From positions 248,001 through 312,000 of the forward strand of contig CAXHJY010000973.1 in the NCBI GenBank assembly GCA_964016885.1: a DNA stretch of 64,000 nucleotides. Direction: 5' to 3'. The stretch's first letter is position 1; each line of letters starts with the position of its first letter. Below, in pieces: positions 51,501-61,999 of the stretch. Both the position numbers and the translations under genes were made by a program. The notes beneath the pieces are model-generated. The model searched no databases, had not been told where the DNA came from, and worked only from the letters and a program-made list of their open reading frames with translations. Origin of the DNA: Eledone cirrhosa (Eukaryota).

Positions 51501-53736
51501 ATGTGAGATGTGAGCTCCCAGAACTGTCTAGGGAGTCTGTGAGATGTGAGGGCCCAGAACTGTCTAGGGAATCAATGTGAGATGTTAGGGCCCAGAACTA
51601 TCTAGCGAGTCAGATGTGAGATGTGAGGGCCCAGAACTGTCGAGGGAGTCAGATGTGAGAAGTGAGGGCCCAGAACTGTCTAGGGAGTCAGGTGTGAGAT
51701 GTCAGGGCCTAGAACTGTCTGGGGAGTCAGATGTGAGATGTGAGCTCCCAGAACTATCTGGGGAGTCAGATGTGAGATGTGAGCTCCCAGAACTGTTTGG
51801 GGAGTCAGATGTGAGATCCCAGAACTGTCTAGGGAGTCAGATGTGAGATGTGAGCTCCCAGAACTGTCTAGGGAGTCAGATGTGAGATGTGAGGGCACAG
51901 AACTGTCTGGGGAGTCAGATGTGAGATGTGAGCTCCCAGAACTGTCTAGGGAGTCAGATGTGAGATGTGAGGGCCCAGAACTGTCTAGGGAGTCAGATGT
52001 GAGATGTGAGCTCCCAGAACTGTCTGGGGAGTCAGGTTGAGCTCCCAGAACTGTCTAGGGAGTCAGATGTGAGATGTGAGGGCACAGAACTGTCTGGGGA
52101 GTCAGATGTGAGATGTGAGCTCCCAGAACTGTCTAGGGAGTCAGATGTGAGATGTGAGGGCCCAGAACTGTCTAGGGAGTCACATGTGAGATGTGAGCTC
52201 CCAGAACTGTCTGGGGAGTCAGGTTGAGCTCGCAGAACTGTCTAGGGAGTCAGATGTGAGATGTGAGGGCCCAGAACTGTCCGGGAAGTCAGATTTGAGA
52301 TGTGAGGGCCCAGAACTGTCTGGGGACTCAGATGTGAGATGTGAGGGCCCAGAACTGTCTAGGGAGTCAGATGTGAGATGTGAGGGCCCAGAACTGTCCG
52401 GGAAGTCAGATTTGAGATGTGAGGGCCCAGAACTGTCTGGGGAGTCAGATGTGAGATGTGAGCTCCCAGCACTGTCTAGGGAGTCAGATGTGAGATGTGA
52501 GGGCCCAGAACTGTCCGGGAAGTCAGATGTGAGATGTGAGCTCCCAGAACTGTCTAGGGAGTCAGTTGTGAGATGTGAGAGCCCAGAACTGTCTAGGGAG
52601 TCAGATGTGAGATGTTAGGGCCCAGAACTGTCTGGGGAGTCAGATGTGAGATGTGAGCTCCCAGAACTGTCTGGGGAGTCAGATGTGAGATGTGAGGGCC
52701 CAGAACTGTCTAGGGAGTCAGATGTGAGATGTTAGGGCCCAGAACTGTCTGGGGAGTCAGATGTGAGATGTGAGGGCCCAGAACTATCTGGGGAGTCAGA
52801 TGTGAGATGTGAGGGCCCAGAACTGTCTGGGGAGTCAGATGTGAGATGTGAGCTCGCAGAACTATCTGGGGAGTCAGATGTGAGATGTGAGCTCCCAGAA
52901 CTGTTTGGGGAGTCAGATGTGAGATGTGAGCTCGCAGAACTATCTGGGGAGTCAGATGTGAGATGTGAGGGCCCAGAACTGTCTGGGGAGTCAGATGTGA
53001 GATGTGAGCTCCCAGAACTATCTGGGGAGTCAGATGTGAGATGTGAGCTCCCAGAACTGTTTGGGGAGTCAGATGTGAGATGTGAGCTCCCAGAACTGTC
53101 TAGGGAGTCAGATGTGAGATGAGGGCCCAGAACTGTCTGGGGAGTCAGATGTGAGATGTGAGGGCCCAGAACTATCTGGGGAGTCAGATGTGAGATGTGA
53201 GGGCCCAGAACTGTCTGGGGAGTCAGATGTGAGATGTGAGCTCCCAGAACTGTCTAGGGAGTCAGATGTGAGATGTGAGGGCCCAGAACTGTCTAGGGAG
53301 TCAGATGTGAATGTGAGGGCCCAGAACTGTCTAGGGAGTCAGATGTGAGATGTTAGGGCCCAGAACTGTCTAGGGAGTCACATGTGAGATGTGAGCTCCC
53401 AGAACTGTCTGGGGAGTCAGGTGTGAGCTCCCAGAACTGTCTAGGGAGTCAGATGTGAGATGTGAGGGCCCAGACCTGTCTGGGAAGTCAGATGTGAGAT
53501 GCGAGGGCCCAGAACTGTCTAGGGAGTCAGATGTGAGATGTTAGGGCCCAGAACTGTCTGGGGAGTCAGATGTGAGATGTGAGCTCCCAGAACTGTCTAC
53601 GGAGTCAGATGTGATATGTGAGGGCCCAGAACTGTCTAGGGAGTCAGATGTGAGATGTTAGGGCCCAGAACTGTCTAGAGAGTCAGATGTGAGATGTGAG
53701 CTCCCAGAACTATCTGGGGAGTCAGATGTGAGATGT
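30529..53736 (+). repeat. Tandem duplication of an 11,587-bp block (30529-42149 matches 42116-53736)
   Basis: Constant offset of 11,587 (31327/42914, 39450/51037, 41564/53151). The match breaks at 30528/42115 and 42150/53737. Confidence 0.95.
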
Positions 53737-56700
53737 TAGGGCCCAGAACTGTCTGGGGAGTCTGATGTGAGATGTGAGGGCCCAGAACTGTCTAGGGAGT
53801 CAGATGTGAGATGTGAGCTCCCAGAACTGTCTAGGGAGTCAGATGTGAGATGTGAGCTACCAGAACTGTCTGGGGAGTCAGATGTGAGATGTGAGCTCCC
53901 AGAACTGTCTGGGAAGTCAGATGTGAGGGCGCAGAGCTGTCTGGGGAGTCAGATGTGAATGTGAGGGCCCAGAACTGTCTAGGGAGTTAGATGTGAGATG
54001 AGGGCCCAGAACTGTCTAGGGAGTCAGATGTGAGATGAGGGCACAGAACTGTCTAGGGAGTCAGATGTGAGATGTGAGGGCCCAGAACTATCTGGGGAGT
54101 CAGATGTGAGATGTGAGGGCCCAGAACTGTCTGGGGAGTCAGATGTGAGATGTGAGCTCCCAGAACTGTCTAGGGAGTCAGATGTGAGATGTTAGGGCCC
54201 AGAACTGTCTAGGGAGTCACATGTGAGATGTGAGCTCCCAGAACTGTCTGGGGAGTCAGGTGTGAGCTCCCAGAACTGTCTAGGGAGTCAGATGTGAGAT
54301 GTGAGGGCCCAGACCTGTCTGGGAAGTCAGATGTGAGATGCGAGGGCCCAGAACTGTCTAGGGAGTCAGATGTGAGATGTTAGGGCCCAGAACTGTCTGG
54401 GGAGTCAGATGTGAGATGTGAGCTCCCAGAACTGTCTAGGGAGTCAGATGTGATATGTGAGGGCCCAGAACTGTCTAGGGAGTCAGATGTGAGATGTTAG
54501 GGCCCAGAACTGTCTAGAGAGTCAGATGTGAGATGTGAGCTCCCAGAACTATCTGGGGAGTCAGATGTGAGATGTGAGGGCCCAGAACTATCTGGGGAGT
54601 CAGATGTGAGATCCCAGAACTGTTTGGGAAGTCAGATGTGAGATGTGAGCTCCCAGAACTGTCTAGGGAGTCAGATGTGAGATGAGGGCCCAGAACTGTC
54701 TGGGAAGTCAGATGTGAGATGTGAGGGCCCAGAACTGTCTAGGGAGTCAGATGTGAGATGTTAGAGCCCAGAACTGTCTGGGGAGTCAGATGTGAGATGT
54801 GAGCTCCCAGAACTGTCTGGGGAGTCAGATGTGAGATGTGAGGGCCCAGAACTGTCTGGGGAGTCAGATGTGAGATGTGAGCTCCCAGAACTGTCTAGAG
54901 AGTCAGATGTGAGATGTGAGCTCCCAGAACTATCTGGGGAGTCAGATGTGAGATGTGAGGGCCCAGAACTATCTGGGGAGTCAGATGTGAGATGTGAGCT
55001 CCCAGAACTGTTTGGGGAGTCAGATGTGAGATGAGGGCCCAGAACTGTCTGGGGAGTCAGATGTGAGATGTGAGGGCCCAGAACTGTCTAGGGAGTCAGA
55101 TGTGAGATGTTAGGGCCCAGAACTGTCTGGGGAGTCAGATGTGAGATGTGAGGGCACAGAACTGTCTGGGGAGTCAGATGTGAGATGTGAGCTCCCAGAA
55201 CTGTCTGGGGAGTCAGATGTGAGATGTGAGCTCCCAGAACTGTCTAGGGAGTCTGTGAGATGTGAGGGCCCAGAACTGTCTAGGGAATCAATGTGAGATG
55301 TTAGGGCCCAGAACTATCTAGCGAGTCAGATGTGAGATGTGAGGGCCCAGAACTGTCGAGGGAGTCAGATGTGAGAAGTGAGGGCCCAGAACTGTCTAGG
55401 GAGTCAGGTGTGAGATGTCAGGGCCTAGAACTGTCTGGGGAGTCAGATGTGAGATGTGAGCTCCCAGAACTATCTGGGGAGTCAGATGTGAGATGTGAGC
55501 TCCCAGAACTGTTTGGGGAGTCAGATGTGAGATCCCAGAACTGTCTAGGGAGTCAGATGTGAGATGTGAGCTCCCAGAACTGTCTAGGGAGTCAGATGTG
55601 AGATGTGAGGGCACAGAACTGTCTGGGGAGTCAGATGTGAGATGTGAGCTCCCAGAACTGTCTAGGGAGTCAGATGTGAGATGTGAGGGCCCAGAACTGT
55701 CTAGGGAGTCAGATGTGAGATGTGAGCTCCCAGAACTGTCTGGGGAGTCAGGTTGAGCTCCCAGAACTGTCTAGGGAGTCAGATGTGAGATGTGAGGGCA
55801 CAGAACTGTCTGGGGAGTCAGATGTGAGATGTGAGCTCCCAGAACTGTCTAGGGAGTCAGATGTGAGATGTGAGGGCCCAGAACTGTCTAGGGAGTCACA
55901 TGTGAGATGTGAGCTCCCAGAACTGTCTGGGGAGTCAGGTTGAGCTCGCAGAACTGTCTAGGGAGTCAGATGTGAGATGTGAGGGCCCAGAACTGTCCGG
56001 GAAGTCAGATTTGAGATGTGAGGGCCCAGAACTGTCTGGGGACTCAGATGTGAGATGTGAGGGCCCAGAACTGTCTAGGGAGTCAGATGTGAGATGTGAG
56101 GGCCCAGAACTGTCCGGGAAGTCAGATTTGAGATGTGAGGGCCCAGAACTGTCTGGGGAGTCAGATGTGAGATGTGAGCTCCCAGCACTGTCTAGGGAGT
56201 CAGATGTGAGATGTGAGGGCCCAGAACTGTCCGGGAAGTCAGATGTGAGATGTGAGCTCCCAGAACTGTCTAGGGAGTCAGTTGTGAGATGTGAGAGCCC
56301 AGAACTGTCTAGGGAGTCAGATGTGAGATGTTAGGGCCCAGAACTGTCTGGGGAGTCAGATGTGAGATGTGAGCTCCCAGAACTGTCTGGGGAGTCAGAT
56401 GTGAGATGTGAGGGCCCAGAACTGTCTAGGGAGTCAGATGTGAGATGTTAGGGCCCAGAACTGTCTGGGGAGTCAGATGTGAGATGTGAGGGCCCAGAAC
56501 TATCTGGGGAGTCAGATGTGAGATGTGAGGGCCCAGAACTGTCTGGGGAGTCAGATGTGAGATGTGAGCTCGCAGAACTATCTGGGGAGTCAGATGTGAG
56601 ATGTGAGCTCCCAGAACTGTTTGGGGAGTCAGATGTGAGATGTGAGCTCGCAGAACTATCTGGGGAGTCAGATGTGAGATGTGAGGGCCCAGAACTGTCT

Positions 56701-58534
56701 GGGGAGTCAGATGTGAGATGTGAGCTCCCAGAACTATCTGGGGAGTCAGATGTGAGATGTGAGCTCCCAGAACTGTTTGGGGAGTCAGATGTGAGATGTG
56801 AGCTCCCAGAACTGTCTAGGGAGTCAGATGTGAGATGAGGGCCCAGAACTGTCTGGGGAGTCAGATGTGAGATGTGAGGGCCCAGAACTATCTGGGGAGT
56901 CAGATGTGAGATGTGAGGGCCCAGAACTGTCTGGGGAGTCAGATGTGAGATGTGAGCTCCCAGAACTGTCTAGGGAGTCAGATGTGAGATGTGAGGGCCC
57001 AGAACTGTCTAGGGAGTCAGATGTGAATGTGAGGGCCCAGAACTGTCTAGGGAGTCAGATGTGAGATGTTAGGGCCCAGAACTGTCTAGGGAGTCACATG
57101 TGAGATGTGAGCTCCCAGAACTGTCTGGGGAGTCAGGTGTGAGCTCCCAGAACTGTCTAGGGAGTCAGATGTGAGATGTGAGGGCCCAGACCTGTCTGGG
57201 AAGTCAGATGTGAGATGCGAGGGCCCAGAACTGTCTAGGGAGTCAGATGTGAGATGTTAGGGCCCAGAACTGTCTGGGGAGTCAGATGTGAGATGTGAGC
57301 TCCCAGAACTGTCTACGGAGTCAGATGTGATATGTGAGGGCCCAGAACTGTCTAGGGAGTCAGATGTGAGATGTTAGGGCCCAGAACTGTCTAGAGAGTC
57401 AGATGTGAGATGTGAGCTCCCAGAACTATCTGGGGAGTCAGATGTGAGATGTTAGGGCCCAGAACTGTCTGGGGAGTCTGATGTGAGATGTGAGGGCCCA
57501 GAACTGTCTAGGGAGTCAGATGTGAGATGTGAGCTCCCAGAACTGTCTAGGGAGTCAGATGTGAGATGTGAGCTACCAGAACTGTCTGGGGAGTCAGATG
57601 TGAGATGTGAGCTCCCAGAACTGTCTGGGAAGTCAGATGTGAGGGCGCAGAGCTGTCTGGGGAGTCAGATGTGAATGTGAGGGCCCAGAACTGTCTAGGG
57701 AGTTAGATGTGAGATGAGGGCCCAGAACTGTCTAGGGAGTCAGATGTGAGATGAGGGCACAGAACTGTCTAGGGAGTCAGATGTGAGATGTGAGGGCCCA
57801 GAACTATCTGGGGAGTCAGATGTGAGATGTGAGGGCCCAGAACTGTCTGGGGAGTCAGATGTGAGATGTGAGCTCCCAGAACTGTCTAGGGAGTCAGATG
57901 TGAGATGTTAGGGCCCAGAACTGTCTAGGGAGTCACATGTGAGATGTGAGCTCCCAGAACTGTCTGGGGAGTCAGGTGTGAGCTCCCAGAACTGTCTAGG
58001 GAGTCAGATGTGAGATGTGAGGGCCCAGACCTGTCTGGGAAGTCAGATGTGAGATGCGAGGGCCCAGAACTGTCTAGGGAGTCAGATGTGAGATGTTAGG
58101 GCCCAGAACTGTCTGGGGAGTCAGATGTGAGATGTGAGCTCCCAGAACTGTCTAGGGAGTCAGATGTGATATGTGAGGGCCCAGAACTGTCTAGGGAGTC
58201 AGATGTGAGATGTTAGGGCCCAGAACTGTCTAGAGAGTCAGATGTGAGATGTGAGCTCCCAGAACTATCTGGGGAGTCAGATGTGAGATGTGAGGGCCCA
58301 GAACTATCTGGGGAGTCAGATGTGAGATCCCAGAACTGTTTGGGAAGTCAGATGTGAGATGTGAGCTCCCAGAACTGTCTAGGGAGTCAGATGTGAGATG
58401 AGGGCCCAGAACTGTCTGGGAAGTCAGATGTGAGATGTGAGGGCCCAGAACTGTCTAGGGAGTCAGATGTGAGATGTTAGAGCCCAGAACTGTCTGGGGA
58501 GTCAGATGTGAGATGTGAGCTCCCAGAACTGTCT
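51063..58534 (+). repeat. Tandem duplication of a 3,716-bp block (51063-54818 matches 54779-58534)
   Basis: Constant offset of 3,716 (51616/55332, 52763/56479, 53767/57483). The match breaks at 51062/54778 and 54819/58535. Confidence 0.93.
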
Positions 58535-60549
58535 AGGGAGTCTGTGAGATGTGAGGGCCCAGAACTGTCTAGGGAATCAGATGTGAGATGTTAGGGCCCA
58601 GAACTGTCGAGGGAGTCAGATGTGAGATGTGAGGGCCCAGAACTGTCGAGGGAGTCAGATGTGAGATGTGAGGGTCCAGAACTGTCTAGGGAGTCAGGTG
58701 TGAGATGTCAGGGCCTAGAACTGTCTGGGGAGTCAGATGTGAGATGTGAGCTCCCAGAACTGTCTAGGGGGTTAGATGTGAGATGTGAGGGCCCAGAACT
58801 GTCTAGGGAGTCAGGTGTGAGATGTCAGGGCCTAGAACTGTCTGGGGAGTCAGATGTGAGATGTGAGCTCCCAGAACTGTCTGGGGAGTCAGATGTGAGA
58901 TGTGAGCTCCCAGAACTGTTTGGGAAGTCAGATGTGAGATGTGAGCTCCCAGAACTGTCTAGGGAGTCAGATGTGAGATGTGAGCTCCCAGAACTGTCTG
59001 GGGAGTCAGATGTGAGATGAGGGCACAGAACTGTCTGGGGAGTCAGATGTGAGATGTGAGCTCCCAGAACTGTCTAGGGAGTCAGATGTGAGATGTGAGG
59101 GCCCAGAACTGTCCGGGAAGTCAGATTTGAGATGTGAGGGCCCAGAACTGTCTGGGAAGTCAGATGTGAGATGTGAGGGCCCAGAACTGTCTAGGGAGTC
59201 AGATGTGAGATGTGAGAGCCCAGAACTGTCTAGGGAGTCAGATGTGAGATGTTAGGGCCCAGAACTGTCTGGGGAGTCAGATGTGAGATGTGAGCTCCCA
59301 GAACTGTCTGGGGAGTCAGATGTGAGATGTGAGGGCCCAGAACTGTCTGGGGAGTCAGGTGTGAGATGTGAGGGCCCAGAACTGTCTGGGGAGTCAGATG
59401 TGAGATGTGAGGGCCCAGAACTATCTGGGGAGTCAGATGTGAGATGTGAGCTCCCAGAACTGTTTGGGGAGTCAGATGTGAGATGTGAGCTCCCAGAACT
59501 GTCTAGGGAGTCAGATGTGAGATGAGGGCCCAGAACTGTCTGGGGAGTCAGATGTGAGATGTGAGGGCCCAGAACTGTCTGGGAAGTCAGATGTGAGATG
59601 TGAGGGCCCAGAACTGTCTAGGGAGTCAGATGTGAGATGTTAGGGCCCAGAACTGTCTGGGGAGTCTGATGTGAGATGTGAGGGCCCAGAACTGTCTAGG
59701 GAGTCAGATGTGAGATGTGAGCTCCCAGAACTGTCTAGGGAGTCAGATGTGAGATGTGAGCTCCCAGAACTGTCTGGGGAGTCAGATGTGAGATGTGAGC
59801 TCCCAGAACTGTCTGGGAAGTCAGATGTGAGGGCGCAGAGCTGTCTGGGGAGTCAGATGTGAATGTGAGGGCCCAGAACTGTCTAGGGAGTTAGATGTGA
59901 GATGAGGGCCCAGAACTGTCTAGGGAGTCAGATGTGAGATGAGGGCACAGAACTGTCTAGGGAGTCAGATGTGAGATGTGAGAGCCCAGAACTGTCTAGG
60001 GAGTCAGATGTGAGATGTTAGGGCCCAGAACTGTCTGGGGAGTCAGATGTGAGATGTGAGCTCCCAGAACTGTCTGGGGAGTCAGATGTGAGATGTGAGG
60101 GCCCAGAACTGTCTAGGGAGTCAGATGTGAGATGTTAGGGCCCAGAACTGTCTGGGGAGTCAGATGTGAGATGTGTGGGCCCAGAACTATCTGGGGAGTC
60201 AGATGTGAGATGTGAGGGCCCAGAACTGTCTGGGGAGTCAGATGTGAGATGTGAGGGCCCAGAACTATCTGGGGAGTCAGATGTGAGATGTGAGGGCCCA
60301 GACCTGTCTGGGAAGTCAGATGTGAGATGCGAGGGCCCAGAACTGTCTAGGGAGTCAGATGTGAGATGTTAGGGCCCAGAACTGTCTGGGGAGTCAGATG
60401 TGAGATGTGAGCTCCCAGAACTGTCTAGGGAGTCAGATGTGAGATGAGGGCCCAGAACTGTCTAGGGAGTCAGATGTGAGATGTTAGGGCCCAGAACTGT
60501 CTAGGGAGTCAGATGTGAGATGTTAGGGCCCAGAACTGTCTAGAGAGTC

Positions 60550-61845
60550 AGATGTGAGCTCCCAGAACTATCTGGGGAGTCAGATGTGAGATGTTAGGGC
60601 CCAGAACTGTCTGGGGAGTCTGATGTGAGATGTGAGGGCCCAGAACTGTCTAGGGAGTCAGATGTGAGATGTGAGCTCCCAGAACTGTCTAGGGAGTCAG
60701 ATGTGAGATGTGAGCTACCAGAACTGTCTGGGGAGTCAGATGTGAGATGTGAGCTCCCAGAACTGTCTGGGAAGTCAGATGTGAGGGCGCAGAGCTGTCT
60801 GGGGAGTCAGATGTGAATGTGAGGGCCCAGAACTGTCTAGGGAGTTAGATGTGAGATGAGGGCCCAGAACTGTCTAGGGAGTCAGATGTGAGATGAGGGC
60901 ACAGAACTGTCTAGGGAGTCAGATGTGAGATGTGAGGGCCCAGAACTATCTGGGGAGTCAGATGTGAGATGTGAGGGCCCAGAACTGTCTGGGGAGTCAG
61001 ATGCGAGATGTGAGCTCCCAGAACTGTCTAGGGAGTCAGATGTGAGATGTTAGGGCCCAGAAGTGTCTAGGGAGTCACATGTGAGATGTGAGCTCCCAGA
61101 ACTGTCTGGGGAGTCAGGTGTGAGCTCCCAGAACTGTCTAGGGAGTCAGATGTGAGATGTGAGGGCCCAGACCTGTCTGGGAAGTCAGATGTGAGATGCG
61201 AGGGCCCAGAACTGTCTAGGGAGTCAGATGTGAGATGTTAGGGCCCAGAACTGTCTGGGGAGTCAGATGTGAGATGTGAGCTCCCAGAACTGTCTAGGGA
61301 GTCAGATGTGATATGTGAGGGCCCAGAACTGTCTAGGGAGTCAGATGTGAGATGTTAGGGCCCAGAACTGTCTAGAGAGTCAGATGTGAGATGTGAGCTC
61401 CCAGAACTATCTGGGGAGTCAGATGTGAGATGTGAGGGCCCAGAACTATCTGGGGAGTCAGATGTGAGATCCCAGAACTGTTTGGGAAGTCAGATGTGAG
61501 ATGTGAGCTCCCAGAACTGTCTAGGGAGTCAGATGTGAGATGAGGGCCCAGAACTGTCTGGGAAGTCAGATGTGAGATGTGAGGGCCCAGAACTGTCTAG
61601 GGAGTCAGATGTGAGATGTTAGAGCCCAGAACTGTCTGGGGAGTCAGATGTGAGATGTGAGCTCCCAGAACTGTCTAGGGAGTCTGTGAGATGTGAGGGC
61701 CCAGAACTGTCTAGGGAATCAGATGTGAGATGTTAGGGCCCAGAACTGTCGAGGGAGTCAGATGTGAGATGTGAGGGCCCAGAACTGTCGAGGGAGTCAG
61801 ATGTGAGATGTGAGGGTCCAGAACTGTCTAGGGAGTCAGGTGTGA
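60550..61845 (+). repeat. Copy of about 57410-58700 (offset 3,142 bp)
   Basis: ORFs 57483/60625 and shared rare variants GAGCTACCAG (about 57570/60712) and AGGGTCCAG (58671/61813). The later copy has extra SNVs near 61004 and 61063. Confidence 0.8.
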
Positions 61846-61999
61846 GATGTGAGCTCCCAGAACTATCTGGGGAGTCAGATGTGAGATGTTAGGGCCCAGA
61901 ACTGTCTGGGGAGTCTGATGTGAGATGTGAGGGCCCAGAACTGTCTAGGGAGTCAGATGTGAGATGTGAGCTCCCAGAACTGTCTAGGGAGTCAGATGT

